Source of the DNA: an uncultured Gammaproteobacteria bacterium
GTDB taxonomy: Bacteria > Patescibacteriota > Microgenomatia > UBA10105 > UBA927
DNA length: 64,000 nt
Direction: 5' to 3'
NCBI GenBank assembly: GCA_964394685.1
Contig: CAYMYO010000001.1
Coordinates: 128,132 to 192,131 of the forward strand
Part shown: piece by piece, positions 30,129 to 39,524 of the stretch
Layout: every line of letters starts with the position of its first letter
How positions within the stretch are numbered: position 1 is the first letter of the stretch
The notes under the pieces: generated by a model
The model's input: only the letters and a program-made list of their open reading frames with translations
Databases searched by the model: none
Told to the model about the DNA's origin: nothing
Made by a program: the position numbers and the translations under genes

Positions 30129-31514
30129 ATGTCGAGATTTTCAGGGAAAACAATTGCTATTGTCGGACTGTCCATTGAGGGGCGGGATACATTAGAATAT
30201 TTCCGTCAGAAGGATTGTACGCTTGTCTGTGTTGATCAACATGAAACAAAACAGCTTCAGGAACTGTCTGATACCTATGCCAAGGGTTCAATATCATTTT
30301 ACTTCGGAGATGACTACCTTCGGCATCTTACGAACGCAGATATTATTGTTTGTACCCCAGGAATGTCCCCGAGAACAAAAGCGCTCGTTACAGCCAAACA
30401 ACAAGGAGTTGAAGTTACCAGCGCGACGCAATTATTTTTTGAGTTATGCAAAGCTCCTATTATTGGCGTTACCGGAACAAAAGGAAAGGGAACAACAAGT
30501 ACGCTTATTTATGAAATGCTTAAAAAGAAATTTACGCGTGTCTATCTTGGTGGCAATGTGGGGAAACCGCTGCTTTCACAGATTGATACGATGACAGCTT
30601 CTGATTGGGTTGTGCTTGAGTTATCTTCTTTTCAACTTGAACATCTAAGTATAAGTCCACACATTGCTGTTGTTCTTCGGATTACCCAAGATCATTTAGC
30701 TAATTTTGACAAAAACGCAACAAATTTTCATCCTACGAGGGAAGCGTATGTAGAAGCCAAATCTCATATCGTTCGATACCAAAAATCAAACGATATCGTA
30801 ATTGTGAACGGAAATGATGAAACCGCAAAAAGTTTTGTTTCTTTAACTCCTGCGAGAATTTTTAGATTTAACCGTTACCAATCAGATGCAGATAGTTATG
30901 TAGATAACCACACAGTGTTTACTCATATTGGAAATGAAGTAAAACAAATTTGTACAAAAGAGCAAATTCATTTAAAGGGAGACCATAACCTCGAAAATAT
31001 TGCTGCAGCAACCTTAGCTGCACTCTCAGCCGGAGTGCCTTACGAAGATATTGTTGTTACGGCCAAGGATTTTCAGGGACTTGAACACCGGTTAGAATTT
31101 GTGCGGACTGTTCACGGGGTTTCCTACTACAACGATACTTTCTCAACCGTGCCGGAAACCACCATTGCCGCTATTGAATCATTTGATGAACCGAAGATTT
31201 TTATTCTCGGAGGTTCGGAAAAAATGTCTGATTTTACTGATATGGGAAAGAAAATTGCATCATCAAATGTGATTGGAGTAGTTGTTATTGGTCTAATGAC
31301 CGAGCGCATAACAACAGCTCTTCACGAAGCATCGTATAAAGGACAAATGATTACAGGGTGTACGAATATGCATGAGATTGTTGAAAAAGCATCATCAATC
31401 GCTTCTCCTGGATCGGTAGTACTCCTTAGTCCTGCGTGTGCTTCATTTGATATGTTTCATAACTATAAAGAACGAGGAACATTATTTAAACATGAAGTTC
31501 ACTCTCTTTCATAA
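30129..31514 (+). CDS. murD: UDP-N-acetylmuramoylalanine--D-glutamate ligase.
   Basis: N-terminal Rossmann-like GKTIAIVGLSIEGRD, then GVTGTKGKGTTSTLI P-loop. Confidence 0.85.
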   Translation: MSRFSGKTIAIVGLSIEGRDTLEYFRQKDCTLVCVDQHETKQLQELSDTYAKGSISFYFGDDYLRHLTNADIIVCTPGMSPRTKALVTAKQQGVEVTSATQLFFELCKAPIIGVTGTKGKGTTSTLIYEMLKKKFTRVYLGGNVGKPLLSQIDTMTASDWVVLELSSFQLEHLSISPHIAVVLRITQDHLANFDKNATNFHPTREAYVEAKSHIVRYQKSNDIVIVNGNDETAKSFVSLTPARIFRFNRYQSDADSYVDNHTVFTHIGNEVKQICTKEQIHLKGDHNLENIAAATLAALSAGVPYEDIVVTAKDFQGLEHRLEFVRTVHGVSYYNDTFSTVPETTIAAIESFDEPKIFILGGSEKMSDFTDMGKKIASSNVIGVVVIGLMTERITTALHEASYKGQMITGCTNMHEIVEKASSIASPGSVVLLSPACASFDMFHNYKERGTLFKHEVHSLS

Positions 31515-32586
31515 ATTAAACAAGCCTGATTATTGGCTTATCGGTACGATCGTGCCCCTGAGTTTTTTTGGACTTCTTATGGTATATAACTCCTCTGTTG
31601 CAATGGCAATACGGGATTTTGGGAATCAATATTATTATCTGCAGGAGCAAACGAAATGGTTAGTTTTGGGACTTATTATTTTTGTTATCTTTTCTTTTAT
31701 TGATTACAGGGTTTGGAAAAAAATCGCATTTCCGGTCATGATAGGAACCATTGTTCTTTTATGTATAGTACTTATTCCGGGAGTCGGCATTAAAGCGCTT
31801 GGAGCAAAACGCTGGATCAATTTGGGCTTTTTTGTTCTTCAACCGGCGGAATTTACCAAACTTGCTCTTATTATGTATTTATCGGCGTGGTTAACAGGAG
31901 CAAAAAAACAAAAGCTTTTTTCATTCCTTCTGCTTCTCGGTGTATTTGTTGGTCTTATCATGTTGGAACCCGATTTAGGGACAGCCATGATTATTACCTT
32001 GACTTCCCTGGCAATGTTCTTTTATAGCGGAGCGCCGCTTCAACTGTTTCTTCTCATTTTCCCCATTGTCGGTGTTGTAGCAACAGCTTTAGCAGTATTT
32101 TCTCCCTATCGATTTAGAAGGTTGTTGACATTTTTTAATCCCGAGAGCGATCCGTTAGGTGCATCCTATCACATCAGACAAGCAATTATTGCTATTGGCT
32201 CAGGAGGACTATTTGGATTAGGGCTTGGACAATCCCGTCAAAAATACGAATATCTGCCGGAGGCAAATACGGATTCAATATTCGCGATCATTGCAGAGGA
32301 ACTTGGATTTATCGGTTCTGTAGCCCTTATTTCAATATATCTTTTTATTTTATGGAGAGGATTTCGAATAGCACGGCGTATTGAAGATCCGTTTGGGAGA
32401 AATCTTGCTCTCGGAATCACAACTTGGATTGGAATTCAAATGCTTATTAATGTTTCTGCTATGGTGGCCTTAATTCCTTTAACAGGTGTCCCTCTTCCGT
32501 TTATATCGTATGGAGGGTCAAGTCTTATTATTATACTTGCAGCCTGTGGCATACTTGCCAATATTAGTCGTTTCGTACGAAAATAG
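31492..32586 (+). CDS. ftsW: SEDS-family peptidoglycan glycosyltransferase FtsW.
   Basis: FtsW/RodA family, 10 TM helices, ...GAKRWINLGFFVLQPAEFTKL... The start at 31492 overlaps the murD 3' end. Confidence 0.8.
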   Translation: MKFTLFHKLNKPDYWLIGTIVPLSFFGLLMVYNSSVAMAIRDFGNQYYYLQEQTKWLVLGLIIFVIFSFIDYRVWKKIAFPVMIGTIVLLCIVLIPGVGIKALGAKRWINLGFFVLQPAEFTKLALIMYLSAWLTGAKKQKLFSFLLLLGVFVGLIMLEPDLGTAMIITLTSLAMFFYSGAPLQLFLLIFPIVGVVATALAVFSPYRFRRLLTFFNPESDPLGASYHIRQAIIAIGSGGLFGLGLGQSRQKYEYLPEANTDSIFAIIAEELGFIGSVALISIYLFILWRGFRIARRIEDPFGRNLALGITTWIGIQMLINVSAMVALIPLTGVPLPFISYGGSSLIIILAACGILANISRFVRK

Positions 32587-32590
32587 ACAT

Positions 32591-33670
32591 ATGGAGAGAA
32601 AAATAAAAATTTGTATTACCGGGGGACATCTCACACCGGCTCTTGCTGTTATTGATGAAATACAAAAAGTTCATCTTGATTGGGAGATCATGTTTATTGG
32701 GAGAATACAGGAATATAACGAAATAACTAAACGGCGAATCAAATTTTTTCCGATAGAAGCCGGAAAATTACAAAGAGATATTTCGGTTCAAACAATTATT
32801 TCCTTTGTAAAGATACCTTTTGGATTTATGCAATCGTTCTTCTGTGTTTTGAAAGAACGTCCCACCTGCATTCTTTCATTTGGTGGCTATATCAGTCTAC
32901 CGGTTGCTTTTTGCGGATGGTTATTTGGAATTCCGGTTATGACGCATGAACAAACCCATGTTCTTGGACTGGCAAATCGCCTTATGCTTCCGTTTGTGGA
33001 CGTATGTTTTTTATCGTACGAAGATACGAAATTCGTTTCAAAAGAAAAATCTAAATATACCGGTTTACCGATGCGACATGAAATTACGCATCCGTCAAAA
33101 ACGTTTTCCTTTTCAATTCCATCACACCTTCCAATTATATATATTACCGGAGGATCAACAGGAGCAGTGTCAATGAATGAGATATTGTTCCCAATTATTC
33201 AATCGCTTGCCGAAGGTGCTGTTGTCATTCATCAGACAGGAATACATTCTTTCGAGAAGGCAAAAATAGTTAAATTTGCGTTGCCCAAAAAATTCCGTTC
33301 GCGATATATTCCTCTTTCATATATTAGTGGTATTGATATCGGTTGGATCATGCATCACATGTCTTTGATTGTTGGAAGATCCGGAGGCAACACTGTTGCT
33401 GAAACAGCAATGGTGAATAAACCGGCAGTATTTATTCCTCTCCCTTGGTCTGCTCAACAGGAACAAGAGCAAAACGCGCGTTGGTATGAAAAAATTGGCA
33501 AAGCCTTTGTAGTAAATCAAGACAAAGATACAAGAGAGGATATACTAAAGAATATCAAATTATTTCTTCAAAAAAAACGAAAAAATATACCTATGACGGA
33601 ATTTATACATGACGGAACTGCAACTATCATAAAGCATATTGAACTTCTTGTAGCACATAATGAAAAGTAA
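32591..33670 (+). CDS. murG: Undecaprenyl-PP-MurNAc-pentapeptide UDP-GlcNAc transferase.
   Basis: MERKIKICITGGHLTPALAV (GGTGGH-like) and ...VGRSGGNTVAE... The ORF is open from 32486; the start is placed at 32591. Confidence 0.8.
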   Translation: MERKIKICITGGHLTPALAVIDEIQKVHLDWEIMFIGRIQEYNEITKRRIKFFPIEAGKLQRDISVQTIISFVKIPFGFMQSFFCVLKERPTCILSFGGYISLPVAFCGWLFGIPVMTHEQTHVLGLANRLMLPFVDVCFLSYEDTKFVSKEKSKYTGLPMRHEITHPSKTFSFSIPSHLPIIYITGGSTGAVSMNEILFPIIQSLAEGAVVIHQTGIHSFEKAKIVKFALPKKFRSRYIPLSYISGIDIGWIMHHMSLIVGRSGGNTVAETAMVNKPAVFIPLPWSAQQEQEQNARWYEKIGKAFVVNQDKDTREDILKNIKLFLQKKRKNIPMTEFIHDGTATIIKHIELLVAHNEK

Positions 33671-34352
33671 CCGTCGTTTTGTCGTAATTAGAATACTTCT
33701 CCTTTTGGTAAGTATCAGTGTATTAATTGGTGTCATAATTTTTTTTAAAATTGGAATCAACTTATTTCAAGTAAAAAATATTTTAGTGACAGGGGATTCG
33801 GCACAGCTTGAAATTAAGGAGTCGCTATTCGTAAATAACTTATTATTTTTCCCATCTGAGTCAGTTGTTCAAAAATTGAAACTCGATAATCCTTTGGTTA
33901 AGACGATCGAAATTAAAAAGAAATTTCCTTCAACGTTAGAATTTGTTATTTATAAAAGAACACCAATCGCTGAAATAGTAACCGATGGTATACATTTAGG
34001 AATTGATGAGGAATGTGTTATTACGGAGGCTGCTTTAAATAACTTTTTGCCAGTCATTACGATTACTATTCCGCTTGCCCGAATTGGAGCAACAGTGAAA
34101 CATCCAATGATTGTTCAAGCGATAGCTCTTATTAATAAGACTAAGGGATTTATCCAATGGTCATCAATCGAAACCTTTGAAACACAGTCAATACGGGCAA
34201 GATCCGGACAAACAGATATATTAATTACTCAATCAAGTGATTTGAATCAGATACGCGATACTTTACAAACGTTACTTGATGGGTTTAGAATAAAAGGAAC
34301 TATGCCAAAATCGATAGATCTTCGATTTGGTAAACCAGTAGTTCAATTTTAA
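33660..34352 (+). CDS. ftsQ: Cell division protein FtsQ/DivIB.
   Basis: N-terminal TM helix then POTRA-like and beta domains. Position between murG and ftsA. Confidence 0.6.
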   Translation: MKSNRRFVVIRILLLLVSISVLIGVIIFFKIGINLFQVKNILVTGDSAQLEIKESLFVNNLLFFPSESVVQKLKLDNPLVKTIEIKKKFPSTLEFVIYKRTPIAEIVTDGIHLGIDEECVITEAALNNFLPVITITIPLARIGATVKHPMIVQAIALINKTKGFIQWSSIETFETQSIRARSGQTDILITQSSDLNQIRDTLQTLLDGFRIKGTMPKSIDLRFGKPVVQF

Positions 34353-34354
34353 CT

Positions 34355-35668
34355 ATGGCACGAGATCGAATTGTAACAGGAATAGATATTGGAACTTCAA
34401 AAATAACTACCCTCATTGCCAGCGTTAATGATGATAGTTCAATTCGAGTAATAGGTGTGAGCACTGTTGCCAGCCGCGGGCTTCGCAAAGGGCAGATAGT
34501 AAATATAGAAGAAGCCACATCAGTTATTTCACAATCATTGGAAGCGGCTGAGCGAATGGCGGGCACATCAGTAGCAAGTGCCTATCTATTAACAGGAGGC
34601 AATCACATTGCATCGCTTAACTCTCATGGGGTGGTCGCTGTTGCTGAACCGGATAAAGAAATTACGGATAATGATGTAAAACGAGTCATTGATGCAGCAA
34701 AAGCAATCTCACTTCCTTCTTCTCGCGAGATTCTCCATATTATTCCAAGAGGATATCTTGTTGATGGACAAGAAGGAATTGTAGACCCTGTAAATATGAC
34801 CGGTGTTCGATTGGAAGTTGATACACATCTCATTACCGGAGGATCAATTGCGATTAGAAATCTCTATAAATGTGTTGAAGAATTGGGTGTAGAAGTAGAG
34901 TCTGTTATTTTTGGCGGTCTTGCGTCTTCCTATGCAACTTTATCAGACACAGAGAAAGAATTAGGAGTAGTACTTGTTGATATTGGTGGAGGGACAACAG
35001 ATGTAGCCATCTATGTAGATGGGGCAGTGTCCTACTCCTCTGTTATTCCAGTTGGTGCAATTAATATTACGAAAGATCTCGCAGCGGGCTTGAGAATTTC
35101 ACTCGAAAGCGCTGAAAAAATTAAGCTAGCCTTAGGACAAGTACCCAAAAATCCAGTGCTATCGGAAGACGAAATATTAGACAAAAATGGAAAAAACCTG
35201 CCTGCCGGCAGGCAGGGTGATGAAATAGACGTATCAGATTTAATGCTTCCTGAAGAAATGAAAACCATTTCTAGAAAAACACTTGTTGAAGGAATCGTAA
35301 AACCACGGTTAAATGAAATTTTTTCACTTGTTGGACTTGAAATCAAAAAAAGCGGATTTGGCGGCATGACGCCATCAGGAATTGTTCTCACTGGCGGTGG
35401 AGCTTTATCAGTTGGAGCAGTAGAATCAGCGCGAAGAAACCTGGCTATGTCAGTTCATGTTGGAATTCCAAAAAATATTTCAGGGCTTATTGATGAAATA
35501 ACAACACCAGCATACGCAGCAAGTGTAGGACTGCTCCTTTATGGAATAAAAGCGGATAGACATATCAGCACTCCCCTGTTTGGTAATATTGGTAAGATTG
35601 GAGATAGATTTGCTGTGAAGGGTATTGCAGGGAAGGTGATAAATCTGATAAAGTCATTCTTACCCTAG
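34355..35668 (+). CDS. ftsA: Cell division protein FtsA.
   Basis: Actin-like ATPase, MARDRIVTGIDIGTSKITTLIAS... and VDIGGGTTDVAIY. It carries the perfect 20-bp palindrome at 35197-35216, which encodes LPAGRQ. Confidence 0.9.
   Translation: MARDRIVTGIDIGTSKITTLIASVNDDSSIRVIGVSTVASRGLRKGQIVNIEEATSVISQSLEAAERMAGTSVASAYLLTGGNHIASLNSHGVVAVAEPDKEITDNDVKRVIDAAKAISLPSSREILHIIPRGYLVDGQEGIVDPVNMTGVRLEVDTHLITGGSIAIRNLYKCVEELGVEVESVIFGGLASSYATLSDTEKELGVVLVDIGGGTTDVAIYVDGAVSYSSVIPVGAINITKDLAAGLRISLESAEKIKLALGQVPKNPVLSEDEILDKNGKNLPAGRQGDEIDVSDLMLPEEMKTISRKTLVEGIVKPRLNEIFSLVGLEIKKSGFGGMTPSGIVLTGGGALSVGAVESARRNLAMSVHVGIPKNISGLIDEITTPAYAASVGLLLYGIKADRHISTPLFGNIGKIGDRFAVKGIAGKVINLIKSFLP
35197..35216. repeat. 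Perfect 20-bp GC-rich palindrome CCTGCCTGCCGGCAGGCAGG (copy A), inside ftsA.
   Basis: Exact reverse-complement symmetry. It encodes LPAGRQ in the ftsA frame. GC-rich in a ~38% GC context. Confidence 0.9.
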
Positions 35669-35683
35669 AAATAATTACTTCTG

Positions 35684-35703
35684 CCTACCTGCCGGCAGGC
35701 AGG
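35684..35703. repeat. Palindrome copy B, CCTaCCTGCCGGCAGGCAGG (1 mismatch), in the ftsA-ftsZ intergenic spacer.
   Basis: 19/20 identity to copy A, which lies 487 bp upstream. The only strong hairpin in the 60-bp spacer. It is not followed by a U-tract. Confidence 0.85.
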
Positions 35704-35728
35704 TTCCTGTCCCTGAAGGAATACATAT

Positions 35729-36868
35729 ATGTTAATTAAGCCTGATATTGCACGGTTCGCAAAAATAAAAGTCGTTGGCCTCGGAGGCGGCGGAAGCAAT
35801 GCAGTAAACTCCATGATGCTCACAAACACCATTAAGGGTGTTGATTTTATTGCAGTGAACACTGACGCACAGGCGCTTCTCACAAATCAAGCACAAACAA
35901 AAGTACAAATCGGAGAAAATTTAACGCGCGGTCTTGGAGCCGGAGGTGATCCTGAAATAGGTCGACAAGCAGCTGAAGAATCAAGAGAAAAATTAAAAGA
36001 ATATTTACGGGATTGCGATATGGTTTTTATAACGTGCGGAGAAGGGGGTGGTACCGGCACCGGAGCAGCACCGATTATTGCTGAGATTGCCAAAGAACAG
36101 GGAGCACTCACTATTGCTGTGGTGACAAAACCGTTTCGATTTGAAGGAACGAGACGAATGATGACAGCTGAAGAAGGGATCATGAATTTAAAAAATAAAG
36201 TCGATACGCTTATTATTATTCCCAATCAACGGCTTTTGGAAGTTATCGATAAAAAAATGACGCTGATTGAGGCGTTCCGTGTAGCAGACTCAGTGCTTAC
36301 ACAGGGGGTTCAGGGAATTTCGGATCTTATTACCATGCCAGGGCTTATCAACGTTGACTTTGCAGACGTTCGAACGGTGATGACAAATGCCGGATCAGCC
36401 CTCATGGGAATGGGAACAGGAGTAGGGGAAAATAGAGCCGCAACGGCTGCCCGTACTGCGTTTACATCACCACTACTTGAATTATCTATTGAAGGAGCAA
36501 AAGGAGTACTCTTTAACATTATCGGTGGAAATGATTTGACCATGGCGGAAGTAGATGAAGCAGCAAAGCAAATAGCTGCACAAGTTGATCCTGATGCAAA
36601 TATTATTTTCGGAGCAACCATAGATGAATCAATGGTTGATCAAGTGAAAATAACGATTATCGCAACAGGATTTGATGAAACAAAAAGAAAACTTCGGGAG
36701 ATGACAGCCAATCGACAACAAACACAGACAACATTTGCGCAACCATTTATCCGTCAACCGGTTCAAACGCAAGCAAATGGTGATAAAACAGTGCTTCCTG
36801 TTGCTGAGGATATCCCACCAGAAGAAGACGAATTCGACATTCCCGCATTTCTTCGTCAAAGGAATTAA
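35729..36868 (+). CDS. ftsZ: Cell division protein FtsZ.
   Basis: KIKVVGLGGGGSNAVNSM and GGGTGTGAAPIIA tubulin signatures. Confidence 0.95.
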   Translation: MLIKPDIARFAKIKVVGLGGGGSNAVNSMMLTNTIKGVDFIAVNTDAQALLTNQAQTKVQIGENLTRGLGAGGDPEIGRQAAEESREKLKEYLRDCDMVFITCGEGGGTGTGAAPIIAEIAKEQGALTIAVVTKPFRFEGTRRMMTAEEGIMNLKNKVDTLIIIPNQRLLEVIDKKMTLIEAFRVADSVLTQGVQGISDLITMPGLINVDFADVRTVMTNAGSALMGMGTGVGENRAATAARTAFTSPLLELSIEGAKGVLFNIIGGNDLTMAEVDEAAKQIAAQVDPDANIIFGATIDESMVDQVKITIIATGFDETKRKLREMTANRQQTQTTFAQPFIRQPVQTQANGDKTVLPVAEDIPPEEDEFDIPAFLRQRN

Positions 36869-36871
36869 TGT

Positions 36872-37417
36872 ATGAAAAATAAAAAAAAAGACAATTTTTT
36901 ACAGGTTGCACAATTGGGACAACCACTGTTACGCAAACAGGCGAAAGAAATTCAAAAAATTACTCCAGATATTCAGCAATTAGCTGGAGATTTAATAGCA
37001 ACACTTATGGATGTGAATGGTGTTGGTATTGCAGCGCCACAAGTGTATGAATCAGTAAGACTTTTCATACTAGCTTCCCACCCAAATCCTCGGTATCCGA
37101 ATGCACCGAATATGAAACCAACTGCAGTAATTAATCCAAAAATCCTTTCTTTTTCAAAAGAAACAGCAAAAGACTGGGAAGGTTGCTTGAGCGTACCTGG
37201 TATACGTGCTCTTGTTCCAAGATCAACAATAATTACAACTGAATATACGACAATATCAGGGAAAATTGTGAAAAAAAGATATAAGGATTTTATCGCTCGG
37301 ATATTCCAACATGAATATGATCATTTAGAAGGGAAAGTATTTTTAGACAGAATCGAAAGTACAAAAGATATTATTACAGATAAAGAGTATTTGAAAATAA
37401 TTGCAAAAAAAGCCTAG
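36872..37417 (+). CDS. def: Peptide deformylase.
   Basis: GVGIAAPQV, EGCLSVPG and HEYDHLEG motifs. Confidence 0.9.
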   Translation: MKNKKKDNFLQVAQLGQPLLRKQAKEIQKITPDIQQLAGDLIATLMDVNGVGIAAPQVYESVRLFILASHPNPRYPNAPNMKPTAVINPKILSFSKETAKDWEGCLSVPGIRALVPRSTIITTEYTTISGKIVKKRYKDFIARIFQHEYDHLEGKVFLDRIESTKDIITDKEYLKIIAKKA

Positions 37418-37431
37418 GATTTCTTCTAGCA

Positions 37432-37494
37432 TTTCAATTGGTTTCCTTGGGGAAGATTGAAGCTAAACGATAGCCCTGTCCTATAAATCCCCGC
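37432..37494. repeat. Copy 1 of a ~63-bp imperfect direct repeat (with partner at 40932-40994).
   Basis: Its 49-nt core ccttggGgaagattgaagctaaACgataGccctgtcCtataaatCcccgc matches the partner with 6 mismatches, all transitions. Weaker similarity extends ~16 bp upstream. It lies immediately 3' of the def stop on the plus strand and the GT2 stop on the minus strand. Confidence 0.6.
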
Positions 37495-38325
37495 TTAAAT
37501 ACTTCTTGAATACGGTCCAAATGAACGAATTACGTAATCCCATAAGGCAGAAAGTGCTCCATGTTCTTTTCTCCTATAATGTTCATATAATGTCTTAGGC
37601 AGCCTTACTAATTCATAAATTTTAACCTTAATTGGAGCCATCCGTTCAACAAATAACATATGGTTACGTGCGAGATAGTATTGATGTGCAGCAGAACCAA
37701 CTCCAACAATCGCCGTATGATAATGCGTTATCCCTTTACGTGGAGTGGCTATTATAGGGAATCCAGCATGATGAGCTCGAACTGAATAATCGGCATCTTC
37801 GTAGTACATAAAATAAGGTTCATAAAAATAACCAATTTTAGCTACAACATCTTTGTGAATTGATAAACATGAACCAGATATATACTCTGGATTATTTTGA
37901 ATTGAGCTATTTTTTTCATTAACTATTGTTGTCCATCGTTTTTTATCAAAAATACCACCAAAAGGTCCTATGATTGATGGACGCATATGCTTAAGTGTTT
38001 TATTTAAGTCAGTTAATGCTTGCTTTGATAAAGACAAATCTTGATTAAGAATAGTTATCCATAAAGCTCCATTTTCAAAAGCTATTCTCATTCCAACATT
38101 CACTCCTCCACCAAAGCCACAATTTTTCTCGTTATTGATGGTAGTAATGTTTTCCTTTTTTATTTTTAATGGGGTTTTTATATCATTATTAATAAGTAAA
38201 AACTTTTGTCTCTTAAGACTTTTAAGAAGCTTTGATAATACAATTATATTTGGTTTAAATATTGGAATAATAAAATAATGAATCATATATTTATTATTTG
38301 ATAGTAACGTTTCTATTTTTATCAA
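37495..38325 (-). CDS. Glycosyltransferase family 2.
   Basis: N-terminal GT-A domain (...KNCGFGGGVNVGM...) with a DxD-like YEDAD motif. Minus strand, in the repeat-flanked cassette. Confidence 0.65.
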   Translation of the reverse strand: MIKIETLLSNNKYMIHYFIIPIFKPNIIVLSKLLKSLKRQKFLLINNDIKTPLKIKKENITTINNEKNCGFGGGVNVGMRIAFENGALWITILNQDLSLSKQALTDLNKTLKHMRPSIIGPFGGIFDKKRWTTIVNEKNSSIQNNPEYISGSCLSIHKDVVAKIGYFYEPYFMYYEDADYSVRAHHAGFPIIATPRKGITHYHTAIVGVGSAAHQYYLARNHMLFVERMAPIKVKIYELVRLPKTLYEHYRRKEHGALSALWDYVIRSFGPYSRSI

Positions 38326-38335
38326 GACCTGATTT

Positions 38336-39505
38336 CTATTTCATCATGTCTTCTATATATTTTTCTAATCTTATAGTTGCACTATCCCATGTCCAATAAG
38401 GTAAAATGGAATTTCTTGATTGTTTCGCGATTTTACCGTATAAAGAATGATCAGTTAGTAATATATTTACGGCTTTTGCAAGACTTCGTTCGTCTCTTTC
38501 AACCAATAAGCCATTTATTCCATCTGTCACAATATCTCTGTATCCACCTTCTTTAACAGCAATAACAGGTGTTCCGCATGCCATAGCTTCGAGTGCAGAT
38601 AACCCAAGAGTTTCTAGATGAGCGCCGCAAATAACAATTTTTGCTTTATTATATAAACTGACCATATCTTCATCAGGTACTCTAGATACAATCTTTAATG
38701 TAACCTTCTTACTTAAAGCATACTGTTCTAAATAGACTTTTCGATCTAAATTGATACCACCACTCGATATGATTAATTTTGGTCTTCCCTTTGTTTTTAA
38801 TAACGCAAGGGAGTCTATAATGAATTCGTGCCCTTTGTGAATAGATAAATTTCCGACGCTAAAGACATAATCCTCTTTACTTACTCCAAGATGTCTAAAT
38901 AGCTTCATATCAACACCAAGATGACAAATGGACGCATATACACCGTAAGCACGATAAACGGATTCCTTAGATGAGTACGAGTTAACCAAGATTTTATCCA
39001 TCTTTCTTGCGTTCTTAAGATCATTTTGTTTTCTCCAATTGTCCGACAGCCTAAGCAATATTGTTTGAATGCTACATCCTTTTTCTTTTAATGGGTTAAG
39101 GTTGTATTCATAATAAATTCTCCACGGTTCTTGGCAATAATATATAGACTTACATTTCAAATAATGACTTAGAAATGGAGTTTGAATATATGTATCGTGA
39201 GATACAAACACTAAATCATACTTTCGTTTGTTTATATCGTCAGCTATTTTTCTATGGATACTTTGAAGTTTTATAAATAAGTTATAATCCTCCTCTAAGC
39301 GTAACAGTGGTCCACCTTTTATAACAGATAATTTATTGACGTTATAAACGTATTTTTTTTTGAAGTAACTATTTTGAATTGTTGCATCACTTAATGTGTA
39401 GAGATCTAAGTTATATTTTAAAGTTAATCTCTTTGAAAATTCCTCTATCGTTTTTAGTCCACCTCCAGGTGGCAGATTATGATAAAACGCAATTTTTTTC
39501 TGCAT
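38336..39505 (-). CDS. Glycosyltransferase family 4.
   Basis: C-terminal ...GLSALEAMACGTPVIAVKEGG... motif. Minus strand. Confidence 0.8.
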   Translation of the reverse strand: MQKKIAFYHNLPPGGGLKTIEEFSKRLTLKYNLDLYTLSDATIQNSYFKKKYVYNVNKLSVIKGGPLLRLEEDYNLFIKLQSIHRKIADDINKRKYDLVFVSHDTYIQTPFLSHYLKCKSIYYCQEPWRIYYEYNLNPLKEKGCSIQTILLRLSDNWRKQNDLKNARKMDKILVNSYSSKESVYRAYGVYASICHLGVDMKLFRHLGVSKEDYVFSVGNLSIHKGHEFIIDSLALLKTKGRPKLIISSGGINLDRKVYLEQYALSKKVTLKIVSRVPDEDMVSLYNKAKIVICGAHLETLGLSALEAMACGTPVIAVKEGGYRDIVTDGINGLLVERDERSLAKAVNILLTDHSLYGKIAKQSRNSILPYWTWDSATIRLEKYIEDMMK

Positions 39506-39524
39506 AAATGATGTTAGGAATCGA

